A DNA stretch of 64,000 nucleotides from an uncultured Nitrospiraceae bacterium (GCA_963730935.1 CAVSTP010000003.1:224001-288000), one strand, 5' to 3'. Shown: positions 49,630-59,623, counted from the first letter of the stretch. Notes: generated by a model from the letters alone, not told the origin. Numbers and translations: made by a program.

Positions 49630-50508
49630 CTAGAAGCCGAAGATATACAGCACGACCAGTCCCATGACAATTCGATAGTACGCAAAAGGGCGCAAACTGT
49701 GACGCTTCACGAACGTCAGAAAGGCGGCGATGACGATCCAGGCGATGAGAAAGGACACCAGGAGCCCGATGCCGAGGGCCAGAAAATCCTCGGAGCGAAA
49801 GACGTCGCGGGACTTCCACATTTGGTAACACGTGGCGATGATGAGCGTGGGGAGGGCGAGAAAAAACGAATATTCCGTCGCGACTTTCCGGTCAAGACCG
49901 ACCAGTAACCCGCCGATGATCGTCGACCCCGAACGCGACATGCCAGGGATGAGTGAGGCGCACTGTGCTAGGCCGATGAAGACGGCATCCCGAAGTCCCA
50001 CTTGTTCGAGCTGTTGAACGGTTACCGGCGTACGTCGTGCCTCGACGATAAGAATGATAATGCCGCCGATCACGGAGGTGATGGCCACCGTCTGGGGGCT
50101 GAACAAATGGACTTTGATCCAGCCGTGCGTCGCGAAACCAATCAGGCCGGCGGGGAGGAATGCGGCTCCTAATCCGATCAAAAACCACAGGTGTGGGTGC
50201 AAAGCCATGGAACGGCGCAGCAGGGCGGACCACGATGTGTGGGTCGGACTGTGCAGAAATTTCCTCAAATCCGCCTGTTCACCGACCGCCCGGGAGAGCA
50301 GCGTTTTGATCTTCTCCCGTTCATATGCCACGACGGCGAGGATGGCACCCAGTTGAATGGAGATTTCGGCGTTGGCGGCGACCTCGCCGGTGAATCCCAA
50401 AGCGTGGCCGGCCAAGATCAGGTGGCCGGTGGAAGAGACCGGCAGAAATTCTGTCAGTCCTTCGACGATGCCGAGAATCACCGCAAGGGCCGGGCCCCAT
50501 TCATTCAT
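49630..50508 (-). CDS. uppP: Undecaprenyl-diphosphate phosphatase
   Basis: EGLTEFLPVSSTGHL, IQLGAILAV, PGMSRSGSTI, EYSFFLALP. Confidence 0.95.
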   Translation of the reverse strand: MNEWGPALAVILGIVEGLTEFLPVSSTGHLILAGHALGFTGEVAANAEISIQLGAILAVVAYEREKIKTLLSRAVGEQADLRKFLHSPTHTSWSALLRRSMALHPHLWFLIGLGAAFLPAGLIGFATHGWIKVHLFSPQTVAITSVIGGIIILIVEARRTPVTVQQLEQVGLRDAVFIGLAQCASLIPGMSRSGSTIIGGLLVGLDRKVATEYSFFLALPTLIIATCYQMWKSRDVFRSEDFLALGIGLLVSFLIAWIVIAAFLTFVKRHSLRPFAYYRIVMGLVVLYIFGF

Positions 50509-50625
50509 AGGACGTCCATGGTGAGTGAAAGGCGCAGGTGGTGCACGCAGGTCCCTGGCATAATCACAAAGTGCCGGTGATCCGTCAAGGGAGCGACGAA
50601 ACTGTGAACCGGCGGCCGTCCCAAA

Positions 50626-50655
50626 TTGTATTGACAACCGATGTTGTATTGACAA
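50626..50655. promoter_or_regulatory. Tandem TTGTATTGACAA direct repeat, probable operator or promoter
   Basis: Exact 12-mer at 50626 and 50644 (18-bp period). Confidence 0.55.
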
Positions 50656-50769
50656 AGGATGGGGCTTGGCATACACAGAAGACGATACTCTGGGCGCACG
50701 GCCAGATGCGTCAATGAGCCGGCGACCGGGCAGTTTTAAGGCTACGTGACGAGGGAAGGGGAGGTTCGC

Positions 50770-51462
50770 ATGAATCCTGTGTGGATGGCGGCACTCATCA
50801 TTGCAGGGACACTGACCATGGCCGGTTGCGTCTCTGACCGGAAGTACCAGGAGGCCCTGGCCGAGACTGAGTCCGCCAAGACGGAATTGGCTACCACGCG
50901 GGCGCAAAAGAGCGCACTCGAACAACAGGTCAAAACGCTCAAAGATCTCAATGTGAAATTCGGCAACGAAGCGCAGGCGGCTCGCGACGAGCTGGACCGC
51001 ATCCAGTATGGCCGCGACAAGGAACGTGGAAGCGCCGAAGGCCGGACCAAGGAGCTTGAAGAGCGGGTGAAGCAGCTCGCGGCCCAGAATCGGTCATTGC
51101 GGCTGGAATATGAAGACACGAAGCGCCACAACGAGACCTTAAAGTCACTGGTCGCGCGCTATCAAAAGGAATTAAAAGACCAGTCCCGTTCTGCCGGCGG
51201 AAGTCTGGCCCCAACCATGCCTCCGCCTCCCGGTGGTTCTGGTGCGCCGGCCCCGTCCGCTGCCGCTCCGGCCGGTGGAATTATGAATGTGAACCGGGCT
51301 TCCTCGAGCGAAATGGTGCTCCTGTTGGGGCTGCCGAAGGACGTGGCAGACCGAATCGTCAGTAATCGCCCCTACAAGGTGAAAGGCGAGCTCGTGGCCA
51401 AGAACGTCGTGCCTAAGGAGACGTTCGACATGATCAAGGATCGGATCAGCGTCAGCCCGTAG
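50770..51462 (+). CDS. Lipoprotein with long coiled coil and C-terminal helix-hairpin-helix (ComEA-like) domain
   Basis: Lipobox MAGC, heptad-rich region, Pro/Ala linker, NVNRAS..E...LG....A.RIV..RPY. Confidence 0.7.
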   Translation: MNPVWMAALIIAGTLTMAGCVSDRKYQEALAETESAKTELATTRAQKSALEQQVKTLKDLNVKFGNEAQAARDELDRIQYGRDKERGSAEGRTKELEERVKQLAAQNRSLRLEYEDTKRHNETLKSLVARYQKELKDQSRSAGGSLAPTMPPPPGGSGAPAPSAAAPAGGIMNVNRASSSEMVLLLGLPKDVADRIVSNRPYKVKGELVAKNVVPKETFDMIKDRISVSP

Positions 51463-51517
51463 CCGGAAACCCTTGAGGTATTGCTGGACGCTACCCGCTT
51501 TACAATGTGAATTCTGG

Positions 51518-51555
51518 CAGGCCGTCCGCCGAAAGGCGGACGGCCTGTTCCATTT
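51518..51555 (+). terminator. Perfect 13-bp hairpin with GAAA loop, probable terminator
   Basis: CAGGCCGTCCGCC-GAAA-GGCGGACGGCCTG then TTCCATTT. Confidence 0.6.
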
Positions 51556-51624
51556 CAACAGCCGGTGCACCGGGATGATTCATCCCGTCCTTCTTGCTAG
51601 AATAGACCGGCTCTGAAGCGACTG

Positions 51625-52902
51625 GTGACTACGCCTATGCGCCGTTTTCTCCTCATCAGCGCCGTCTTGCTCATCGGACTCGCCATCGGCGGGTATGTGT
51701 TTTTTAACGGAGAGCGAAAGGCGCCTGTCCGCTACCGGACTGCGGTCATCGAGCGCGGGTCGGTTGTCTCAGTTGTGACCGCCACCGGTTCGATCAATCC
51801 CGTGGTCTCCGTGCAGGTGGGGACCCAGGTGTCCGGCATGATCAAAAGTTTGCACGCCGATTTCAACTCCATCGTGAAGGCAGGGGACATCGTCGCGGTC
51901 ATCGATCCCGAGCCGTTCCGTGCGCGACGGGACCAGGCGGCCAGCAATCTTGAAATGGCGAAGGCCAATGTGGCGAGGGCCAAGAACGAGCAGGCGCAAC
52001 GCCAGCGCGAACTCAATCGTGCAAAATCTCTCGTGGCGCAGCAATTCGTTTCTCAGAATGACGTCGATATGGCGGTGACCAATGCTCAGGGGGCCGATGC
52101 CCAGGTCAGCGTGTCGATGGCCCAGGTGAAGCAGACCGAAGCGGCCTTGAATGCTGCCGATCTGGATCTCAGGTACACGACGATTCGCTCGCCCGTCAAC
52201 GGCATTGTCGTGGCGAGGAACGTGGAGGTGGGACAAACAGTGGCGGCCAGTTTTGCGACGCCCAACCTCTTCCTCATCGCACTCGACCTCACGAAGATGC
52301 AGGTCGACACCTACGTGAGCGAATCGGACATCGGGGGAATTACAGAGGGCAAAGATGCCTCGTTTACCGTCGACGCCTATCCGGGTGTCCCCTTTGCCGG
52401 GACCATCCGCCAGGTGCGATTGGCTCCGATTGCAGTGCAAAATGTGGTGACCTACAACGTGGTGATCGGGGTAGACAATAAGGACCTACGCTTGAAGCCC
52501 GGCATGACGGCCAACGTTTCCATGGTCGTTGCGCAGCGGGACAACGTACTGAAAGTCCCCAATGCCGCCCTCCGGTTCATGCCGCCGAAATCGGAACTCG
52601 CGTCCCATCCGATGGAGGGCACCCTTGCGAAGGAGGAAGCCGGAGGTCGCTCGCTCCCGGTCGGCGGTCCGCAGGCCCGTCAGATCTGGAAACAAACGGA
52701 CAACGGCGAGCCGTTGTCCGTGAAGGTGCAGACCGGCATTTCCGACGGGACCTACACCGAGATTGTATCGGACGGCGTCGCTGCCGGCGACGAGGTCATC
52801 GTGGGAATCGAGCAGCTTCGTGGAGTGAGAAAGGCCAATGACCTCCCTCCGGGATTTGGCGCTCCCGGCGGACAGCGTCGGTCTCGCGACAGAGGCTTAT
52901 GA
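51625..52902 (+). CDS. MacA-like periplasmic adaptor (membrane fusion protein)
   Basis: VGTQVSG, IRSPVNGIV, VGQTVAAS, LKPGMTA. Confidence 0.9.
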   Translation: MTTPMRRFLLISAVLLIGLAIGGYVFFNGERKAPVRYRTAVIERGSVVSVVTATGSINPVVSVQVGTQVSGMIKSLHADFNSIVKAGDIVAVIDPEPFRARRDQAASNLEMAKANVARAKNEQAQRQRELNRAKSLVAQQFVSQNDVDMAVTNAQGADAQVSVSMAQVKQTEAALNAADLDLRYTTIRSPVNGIVVARNVEVGQTVAASFATPNLFLIALDLTKMQVDTYVSESDIGGITEGKDASFTVDAYPGVPFAGTIRQVRLAPIAVQNVVTYNVVIGVDNKDLRLKPGMTANVSMVVAQRDNVLKVPNAALRFMPPKSELASHPMEGTLAKEEAGGRSLPVGGPQARQIWKQTDNGEPLSVKVQTGISDGTYTEIVSDGVAAGDEVIVGIEQLRGVRKANDLPPGFGAPGGQRRSRDRGL

Positions 52903-52969
52903 CGGGCCTCCTTCAGCAATTGGGAATTGCGCCCACCTGAGCAGGTTTTTCTCCGCTTGTCGAACTGCT

Positions 52970-53680
52970 ATGAGCAGTCTCATCGAATGCGACGGCATCT
53001 GGAAGCAATATCGCTTGGGCGACGTGGAAGTAAACGCGCTCAGGGGCCTCAGCCTCACGATCGAGCAAGGTGATTTCGTCGCCGTGATGGGGGCCTCCGG
53101 GTCAGGGAAATCCACGCTGTTGAATATTCTGGGATGTCTGGATCACCCGACACAAGGACAGTATCGGCTCGACGGCATCGATGTCGGCGGTCTGGGGTTT
53201 GATCAACTGGCTGAGGTTCGGAACCGGCAAATCGGATTCGTCTTTCAAAGTTTCAACCTGATTCCCCGCACGAGCGCACTGGAGAATGCACAACTGCCCT
53301 TGTTCTACCGGGGACTGCCGCTGGGCGAGCAGAGGGTGAAGGCCGCTGCGGCGCTGAAGCGGGTGGGGCTAGAAGGCAGAGAGCAGCATTTTCCCACCCA
53401 ACTCTCAGGCGGCCAGCAGCAGCGCGTGGCGATCGCCCGCGCCCTGATCACTGCGCCCTCGCTTTTGTTGGCAGACGAGCCGACGGGAAACCTCGATACC
53501 GAGTCAAGCCGGGAAATCATGACTATGTTAGAAGGACTCAATCGAGAGGGCATCACGATCATTCTGGTGACCCATGAAGCCGATATTGCCGCCTATGCCC
53601 ATCGCGAAATTCTGTTGAAAGACGGTCACGTGTTGAGCGACCGGGCGACGAGGCGGACGTCGGGGACCGTGGAGGTCTGA
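52970..53680 (+). CDS. MacB-type ABC ATP-binding subunit
   Basis: [33 protein letters not shown]. Confidence 0.92.
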   Translation: MSSLIECDGIWKQYRLGDVEVNALRGLSLTIEQGDFVAVMGASGSGKSTLLNILGCLDHPTQGQYRLDGIDVGGLGFDQLAEVRNRQIGFVFQSFNLIPRTSALENAQLPLFYRGLPLGEQRVKAAAALKRVGLEGREQHFPTQLSGGQQQRVAIARALITAPSLLLADEPTGNLDTESSREIMTMLEGLNREGITIILVTHEADIAAYAHREILLKDGHVLSDRATRRTSGTVEV

Positions 53681-54916
53681 ATGCCGGCCTTTGTGTGGAT
53701 GACCGTGCTGACGGCGTTGCGCATATTGGGGCGCAATCGTCTGCGCGCCGGCCTGACCATGCTCGGCATCGTCATCGGCGTTGGAGCAGTGATTGCCATG
53801 GTCGGCATTGGGGAAGGCGCGAAGCGGGCGGTGCAGGCGCAAATCGCGACGATGGGCACCAACGTCATCATCATCTGGCCAGGCGCCACGACAGTCAGCG
53901 GTGTGCGCAGCAGCCAAGGCGGCGCCGTGACATTAACTGTTGCCGATGCGTTGGATCTGAGAAAGAAGATTCCCCTCCTTGCGGAAACGGGATGGGCGAA
54001 ACGCGACGCCATGCAGATTGTCAACGGGAACAAGAACTGGAACGGTCCGATCAACGGGATCTCTCCCAGTTATCTCACGATTCGCGACTGGTCGTTTTCG
54101 AGCGGGGGACCGTTCACCCAGGCGGATCTCGACAGCGCCGCCCGCGTTGCACTCATCGGCCAGACCATCGTAGACAACCTGTTCGATGAAGGCGAAGAGC
54201 CGGTGGGGGCCGTCATTCGCATCAAGAATGTGCCGTTTCGTGTGATCGGGGTCCTCTCTCCGAAGGGTCAATCGGCCCAGGGCTCAGATCAGGATGACGT
54301 GATCTTTATTCCCTTCACGACAGCGGAGCGCAAGGTGTTCGGCACGGCGTTTCTGGGCTCGATCGGAGCGATGTTTGCGTCCACCGACAGGGCGGAGGAC
54401 CTCCCTGAGGCCGTCGATCGCATTCGCGAAGTGCTCCGCGCGCGCCATCGGCTGCAAGGTGAGCAGAACGACGACTTCACGGTAAAAACGCAGGTGGACA
54501 TCGGTCGCGTGCAGGAAGGCACCGGCCAGACGCTGACGATGATGCTCTTTTCCATTGCGTCCGTCTCTCTGCTGGTAGGGGGGATCGGCATCATGAATAT
54601 CCTGCTTGTATCCGTCACCGAGCGGACAAGAGAGATCGGCGTCCGCATGGCCGTGGGCGCCAAGCGCGGTCATGTGCTGATGCAGTTCCTCATCGAGGCC
54701 ATGACCTTGAGCCTGCTAGGAGGAGTGTTGGGGATCGTGCTGGGCGTGATTGGTGCAAAACTGACGACGGTGGTGGCCGGCTGGCCCACGGTCATCTCGA
54801 TCGACGTGATTGTCATGGCGTTTGGGTTTTCTCTCGCGGTCGGACTCTTTTTTGGCCTGTATCCCGCCAACAAGGCCTCGCGGCTCAACCCCATCGAAGC
54901 GTTGCGATACGAGTGA
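53681..54916 (+). CDS. MacB-type ABC permease
   Basis: LTMLGIVIGV, VGGIGIMNI, ERTREIGVRMAVGA, PIEALRYE. Confidence 0.92.
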   Translation: MPAFVWMTVLTALRILGRNRLRAGLTMLGIVIGVGAVIAMVGIGEGAKRAVQAQIATMGTNVIIIWPGATTVSGVRSSQGGAVTLTVADALDLRKKIPLLAETGWAKRDAMQIVNGNKNWNGPINGISPSYLTIRDWSFSSGGPFTQADLDSAARVALIGQTIVDNLFDEGEEPVGAVIRIKNVPFRVIGVLSPKGQSAQGSDQDDVIFIPFTTAERKVFGTAFLGSIGAMFASTDRAEDLPEAVDRIREVLRARHRLQGEQNDDFTVKTQVDIGRVQEGTGQTLTMMLFSIASVSLLVGGIGIMNILLVSVTERTREIGVRMAVGAKRGHVLMQFLIEAMTLSLLGGVLGIVLGVIGAKLTTVVAGWPTVISIDVIVMAFGFSLAVGLFFGLYPANKASRLNPIEALRYE

Positions 54917-54947
54917 CTGCGGCAGATCTACGGTAGGTCTCCGCCGA

Positions 54948-55496
54948 CTACGAAAGGGTTGCCGGCGTGAGGAGGACTTCGATCCGTGGGTTTTCCCGGT
55001 CGACGTGCTTATACAAGTGCGTTTCGACAATCCGGTTATCGTTCAAGCCGAGACCTTCGCAAAGCGCATCCTGCGCAATCTTCAGCCCCCCATCCACATC
55101 ACGCCGCAGAGCGGACGTAAAATAGAAGCGGATCGATAGAGCGAGACACGTCGACTGCAGATGGGACAAGAGGGCAGTGCGATGAGGGACTGCTGTCAGG
55201 GTCAACCAGACGAGCTCCCCCACCTGTGCCTTGTACGAACGTCCGGTCGATGAGAGCAGGCGGCGCCCGTTCACGGTCGCGTATTGATGATTGATGCTGG
55301 GCGGAACAGGCAATGTGAAGGCGATCGACTGCTGTTCCGGATCGAGCTGCATCGGACGGTCTGTTGATTGAGACGGCGACAGCGGCCGCTTGGCAGCCCG
55401 TCCCCGTCCGGCAACAGGAGCGTAGAGGTGAAGCCCAACAAGATGAAGCGGAAGTTTGGAAGCCGGGATCGGAATCGGTCGGCGGTATGTGGGCAT
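54948..55496 (-). CDS. RusA family Holliday junction resolvase (start uncertain)
   Basis: LPVPPSINH, RRDVDGGLK...DAL, NDNRI, PRIEV. Confidence 0.8.
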   Translation of the reverse strand: MPTYRRPIPIPASKLPLHLVGLHLYAPVAGRGRAAKRPLSPSQSTDRPMQLDPEQQSIAFTLPVPPSINHQYATVNGRRLLSSTGRSYKAQVGELVWLTLTAVPHRTALLSHLQSTCLALSIRFYFTSALRRDVDGGLKIAQDALCEGLGLNDNRIVETHLYKHVDRENPRIEVLLTPATLS

Positions 55497-55581
55497 AGCG
55501 TTCGCGAGCGTTCAGGAATGAAAATTCAGACGCTCAGTGGAGGCAAAGGAAGCAAATTCGGGAGGGTGGCTCAACGCTGAC

Positions 55582-56022
55582 CTAGAGAAGATTGAGAATT
55601 TTGGCCATATTCTGTTCGTAGCGGTCTTCGGAGCGCGCAATATAGCGCCGCCATTCGCTGGGGTTCCAGATCTCCATACGATGGTAGAGACCGACGAGAA
55701 TGATTTCCTGATCCTCGTCCAGCGGTACGAGCTTTCGCAGCTTTCCCGGGATCAAGATCCGGCCAGCCTTGTCGATTTCTGAAGTCCCTGCTTCCGACAC
55801 CACGAAATGCATGAAGAGCCGGCTTTGCTCCTCATCGAGCGTGTTCTTCGTCCGTTCGAGCACCTGCTCCCATTCTTTCATCGAATAGATGAGGATGGAT
55901 TCTTCCGGGCCTTTTAAAAAGACCACGGATTGTCCTTGCGATTCGATCTGCTCCCGAATGGGCGAGGGAACAATGAACCGCCCCTTTTCATCGAGCTTGC
56001 AGTGGTATTCGCCGGCGAACAT
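55582..56022 (-). CDS. mraZ: MraZ family transcriptional regulator
   Basis: MFAGEY..KLDEKGRFIVP and IDKAGRILIP (two DXXXR motifs), EIW. Confidence 0.88.
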   Translation of the reverse strand: MFAGEYHCKLDEKGRFIVPSPIREQIESQGQSVVFLKGPEESILIYSMKEWEQVLERTKNTLDEEQSRLFMHFVVSEAGTSEIDKAGRILIPGKLRKLVPLDEDQEIILVGLYHRMEIWNPSEWRRYIARSEDRYEQNMAKILNLL

Positions 56023-56038
56023 CAGTGCCAGGTTTCCT

Positions 56039-56236
56039 TCACGACACCATCGGACGTCTGGTGCGCTCTCGGATCCACTGCTCCAGATCCGAACGTACGA
56101 ATCGCCATTCTTTCCCAAGCTTGAAGGCGGGTATCTGATGGTTCTGAAGATAGCGGTAGAGTGTCCGTTGGGTAATCTTCAGGTAGCGGCACGTCTCCTC
56201 CGCCGTCATCAATTCGCTGTTGGGCTCTCTTACCAT
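56039..56236 (-). CDS. Excisionase-like (HTH_17) DNA-binding protein
   Basis: LMTAEETCRYLKI..RTLYR....QIPAFKLGKEWRF. Confidence 0.85.
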   Translation of the reverse strand: MVREPNSELMTAEETCRYLKITQRTLYRYLQNHQIPAFKLGKEWRFVRSDLEQWIRERTRRPMVS

Positions 56237-56288
56237 TGGACAACCATCTGAAGATGGTCATAGGGGGTACCGCTCCAGGATTGCCATG

Positions 56289-56343
56289 AGGGTAAGAAAA
56301 TCAAGGACATATGTCAAGCGAAATTATATGACAATGTATGTCA
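56289..56343 (-). promoter_or_regulatory. Promoter of the HTH-mraZ-rusA operon with palindromic operator candidates
   Basis: TTGACA-17 nt-TACCCT on the minus strand; GACATATGTC and TGACA-N5-TGTCA palindromes. Confidence 0.6.
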
Positions 56344-56685
56344 CATACCCTCAGATTCGTCCAGTTCAGAATGATTTTCATCTGAAGAGTCAACGGCTTC
56401 TGCCATTTCATGGCTGACGTCTTCGCCCATTTCGTTGCCCATATGCTTCATCAGGCGTTCCACGTCGGCCGGATTCTGTTCGTCAAAGCCGGCTAACGCC
56501 TCGTCGTCGGCGAAGGATTCCATCCTCGCCTCGTCTGATTTCGGAGCAGCGAAACGGGACAGCAAGCGTTCGAGCCGGGGACTTTGGCAATGCGAACACA
56601 CCGGGGGAGGAGAAGCAGTACGGCTCAGCAGAAGAATGCTGCTTCGCTTGCAACAATCCTGGCACAGGTATTCGTAGATCGGCAC
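56341..56685 (-). CDS. FmdB family zinc-ribbon protein
   Basis: MPIYEYLCQDC...CSHCQS..LERLLS. Confidence 0.85.
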   Translation of the reverse strand: MPIYEYLCQDCCKRSSILLLSRTASPPPVCSHCQSPRLERLLSRFAAPKSDEARMESFADDEALAGFDEQNPADVERLMKHMGNEMGEDVSHEMAEAVDSSDENHSELDESEGM

Positions 56686-56686
56686 G

Positions 56687-57505
56687 CTAACTCCTTGGAC
56701 CAGCAAATCTCCGTGCGGAGTGCTCCGCCAAAAGTCGGTCTGGCACCAGTCTGGAATTCATTGTCCGCGCCAACGTGAGCGCCGAGACCGAAGCCGCGCC
56801 GGCAGAACGCAAGACCTTGGCGCATTCATTGAGCGTCGCTCCAGTGGTAAAGACATCGTCGATGAGCAGGATGCGCCGGCCGGCAAACGGTTCCGCATTG
56901 CGGACTCTGAATGCACGGCGCAGGTTCCGCAGACGCTCGTGCCGTGTGAGAGACGTTTGCGGTTCCGTGGCGACAGTGCGGACGAGGGCGTTCGTGGATA
57001 CCGGCCGCATAAGGTATCTTCCCAGGCGGTCAGCCATGAGCAGGGACTGGTTGAACTCGCGCGCCCGCAGTCTGGAAGGATGTAGTGGGACAGGCACGAT
57101 CAGATCGGCCTCCAACTGTTCCGGCAAGGCGCGGATCATCAGAGCCGCCAAAGGCCTCGCGAGCCCAAACACGTTCCGGTATTTGAGCGCACAAATCGCA
57201 TCCTGGAGGGGTGGAATATACGGATACAGTGTCCACGCACGATCATACGCCGGTGGCCGTTCAAGACACGGTTGGCAGCGGTGGGCTGGTGACCAAGTGT
57301 TCGCGGCGTTCGAGGCGAAGGGTTGATCGCAGCGCGCGCAACGAGGTCCCGAGATCGGCGTGATCCGGTCCCAGCAGGCGTCACAGACATAGGGTATCTG
57401 ATCCATGCGCAGCGGCCGCGCACAAGTGATGCAATCGATGGGAAGCATGGCGCGGAGCGCCAGCCGGCACAATCCCAGCACACCCAACAGGCCAGGGGGC
57501 ATCAT
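56687..57505 (-). CDS. comF: ComF family protein (double zinc ribbon plus PRTase domain)
   Basis: Four CxxC pairs, PVPLH, REFNQS, LIDDVFTTGAT. Confidence 0.88.
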   Translation of the reverse strand: MMPPGLLGVLGLCRLALRAMLPIDCITCARPLRMDQIPYVCDACWDRITPISGPRCARCDQPFASNAANTWSPAHRCQPCLERPPAYDRAWTLYPYIPPLQDAICALKYRNVFGLARPLAALMIRALPEQLEADLIVPVPLHPSRLRAREFNQSLLMADRLGRYLMRPVSTNALVRTVATEPQTSLTRHERLRNLRRAFRVRNAEPFAGRRILLIDDVFTTGATLNECAKVLRSAGAASVSALTLARTMNSRLVPDRLLAEHSARRFAGPRS

Positions 57506-57601
57506 GGGAAACGTTTAGGGGAACCGGCGTTGACTGTCAAGGTTGTCGCGTCCCGAAATGGTGTGATATACGAAACTAGGCGCCAAAGCGCCGTCTCGCC
57601 G

Positions 57602-58300
57602 ATGGTCACACTCACAGAGGTGTCAAAAATCTATACCAGGGGAGCAGACCGTATCTGTGGTTTGGACCGTGTGAGTCTCGATGTCTCGGCCGGGACCTTC
57701 TGTGCCTTTGTCGGCCCGAGCGGTTGCGGCAAGAGCACCCTGCTCAATCTGATTGCCGGTCTGGATGTGCCGACCTCCGGAACGATCCATCTCGATCAAC
57801 GATCAACCGCCGGATTCAGCCCGGAAGATTGGACCAGGATTCGCCGGCAATCCATCGGCATTGTCTTTCAAGCCTTTCACCTGATCCCCGGTCTAACCGT
57901 CGAAGAGAACGTGGCCTTTCCGCTCTTGCTGCGAGGAGAGCAGGGGCTCAGAGTCCGGGAACGCGTCGCGCAGGTCTTGGGGCTTGTGCGCATGACGCAC
58001 CGCGCCGCGCATCGGCCGAGCGAGCTTTCCGGGGGAGAGCAGCAGCGGGTCGCGGTGGCACGGGCGATCGTGCATGAGCCCAAGATCGTTCTGGCCGACG
58101 AGCCGACGGGAAATCTCGATTCGCAGCACGGCGCGGAAATCATCGGACTGCTGCGGCAGTTAGTCGACCAGTTTCGTCACACGGTGCTTCTGGTCACTCA
58201 TAGCACGGCCGCCGCTAACGCCGCCGACTACATCTGGGCGATGAAGGATGGACGGCTCATGACGCGGACGATGCACGCGACAGCCGCTCAAGGAGTCTGA
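57602..58300 (+). CDS. LolD/MacB-type ABC ATP-binding protein
   Basis: [28 protein letters not shown]. Confidence 0.9.
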   Translation: MVTLTEVSKIYTRGADRICGLDRVSLDVSAGTFCAFVGPSGCGKSTLLNLIAGLDVPTSGTIHLDQRSTAGFSPEDWTRIRRQSIGIVFQAFHLIPGLTVEENVAFPLLLRGEQGLRVRERVAQVLGLVRMTHRAAHRPSELSGGEQQRVAVARAIVHEPKIVLADEPTGNLDSQHGAEIIGLLRQLVDQFRHTVLLVTHSTAAANAADYIWAMKDGRLMTRTMHATAAQGV

Positions 58301-59226
58301 TGGATTTGACCGTGACCATTGCCGGAGTGAAATTTCCGGTCTGTTTCATGAACGCGTCTGGCGCCTTATGCGTGACGCACGAGGAACTGTCCGCGTTGGG
58401 CCGTTCCCGCTCGGGGGCGATCGTCACGAAGTCCATGACCGTCGAGGCCCGGCAAGGTAACCCCCTGCCGCGGTACTACGGGTTCTCCGGGGGTTCGATC
58501 AATTCCATGGGGCTGCCGAACCTGGGCTACCGTGCGTATGCCGAGCTGATTCCGCAATTGAAACAGTTCGGCAAGCCGGTCATCGCCAGCGTGGCCGGGC
58601 TCTGCGAAGACGATTTTCCGGTCATTGCACAGGCCATCAACGAAGCGGGCCCCGATCTCATCGAGGTGAATCTGTCCTGTCCGAACATTCCCGGCAAGCC
58701 ACAAATCGGCTACGATGCAGATGCTTCAGAACGTCTCATGAAACGGGTGCGCCCGCTGATCACCGTCCCGATGGGCGTGAAGCTACCGCCGTATTTTGAT
58801 CCAGCACACCATCAGCTCATGGGGGAGGTCATCGGCCGTTGCGGCGTGGATTTCCTCAATCTGATCAACTCCGTTGGAAATGCGCTGGTGCTCGATCCGA
58901 ATGAAGAAGCGGTCGTGATTAAACCGAAGGGCGGATTCGGCGGGCTGGGTGGAGCCATCATTAAGCCCGTCGCACTGGCCAATGTCCGCGCGTTCTACAA
59001 GCACTTCAAGGGAACCCTGCCGATCATCGGGACCGGCGGCGTCGTAAGCGGAGGGGACGCGTTTGAGCATCTGCTGTGCGGCGCCTCTGCTGTGCAAGTG
59101 GGGACGGCCCTGGTCGAGGAAGGGGTCGAAGTCTTTGCACGCCTGGAGAAGGAGCTGGCCGCCTGTCTTGAACGGAAGGGCTACAAGTCGGCCGAAGAGT
59201 GCAGAGGTAGGTTGAAAGAGTTATAA
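58300..59226 (+). CDS. pyrD: Dihydroorotate dehydrogenase, class 1A-like
   Basis: NASG, TKS, NSMGLPNLG, NLSCPN, KLPPY, KPKGGFGGLGG. Confidence 0.9.
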   Translation: MDLTVTIAGVKFPVCFMNASGALCVTHEELSALGRSRSGAIVTKSMTVEARQGNPLPRYYGFSGGSINSMGLPNLGYRAYAELIPQLKQFGKPVIASVAGLCEDDFPVIAQAINEAGPDLIEVNLSCPNIPGKPQIGYDADASERLMKRVRPLITVPMGVKLPPYFDPAHHQLMGEVIGRCGVDFLNLINSVGNALVLDPNEEAVVIKPKGGFGGLGGAIIKPVALANVRAFYKHFKGTLPIIGTGGVVSGGDAFEHLLCGASAVQVGTALVEEGVEVFARLEKELAACLERKGYKSAEECRGRLKEL

Positions 59227-59353
59227 CAAGTTGCTCAAAAAACCCTCTGTTCCACCCGCCCACCCCGAAGCGCCGAGACGCTTTCGATCGGTGAGCGCGC
59301 GCCCTGGCCCGCTTGGGTGAGAGGGGGAGGCTAGAGGGTGTTTCAGCAGCTTG
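59227..59353. repeat. Non-autonomous inverted-repeat (MITE/REP-like) element between convergent genes
   Basis: CAAGTTGCTCAAAAAACCCTCT ... AGAGGGTGTTTCAGCAGCTTG imperfect terminal inverted repeats. Confidence 0.65.
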
Positions 59354-59356
59354 AGG

Positions 59357-59623
59357 TTACTTGCCGAAGGATTTGGACAGCAATCCGAGTTGAAGCGCTC
59401 GCCTGAGCAGTTGTGCGACGTTCCGCACGTTGAGCCTTCGCATCAAATTAAAGCGATGCACTTCCACTGTTCGCACGCTGATTTGCAGCATGTTCGCAAT
59501 CTCGCGGTTCGTATGGCCTACGGAGACCAGCCGCAGAATATCTCGCTGTCTGGGAGTCAGTAAGTCCAGATCGACGGGCTCCTCGATCAGCGCATCGGGT
59601 TTTCGTCGCAACGCGGTCTTCAT
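59357..59623 (-). CDS. Stand-alone LuxR/GerE-type HTH regulator (88 aa)
   Basis: LTPRQRDILRLV..G.TNREIA..L.ISVRTVEVHR.NLMRRL. Confidence 0.88.
   Translation of the reverse strand: MKTALRRKPDALIEEPVDLDLLTPRQRDILRLVSVGHTNREIANMLQISVRTVEVHRFNLMRRLNVRNVAQLLRRALQLGLLSKSFGK

Noticed and set aside
54948..56236. Prophage suggested by RusA, an excisionase-like HTH and (distantly) a Com-like gene
   Set aside because: No integrase, structural or lysis genes; the flanks are ordinary chromosomal genes.
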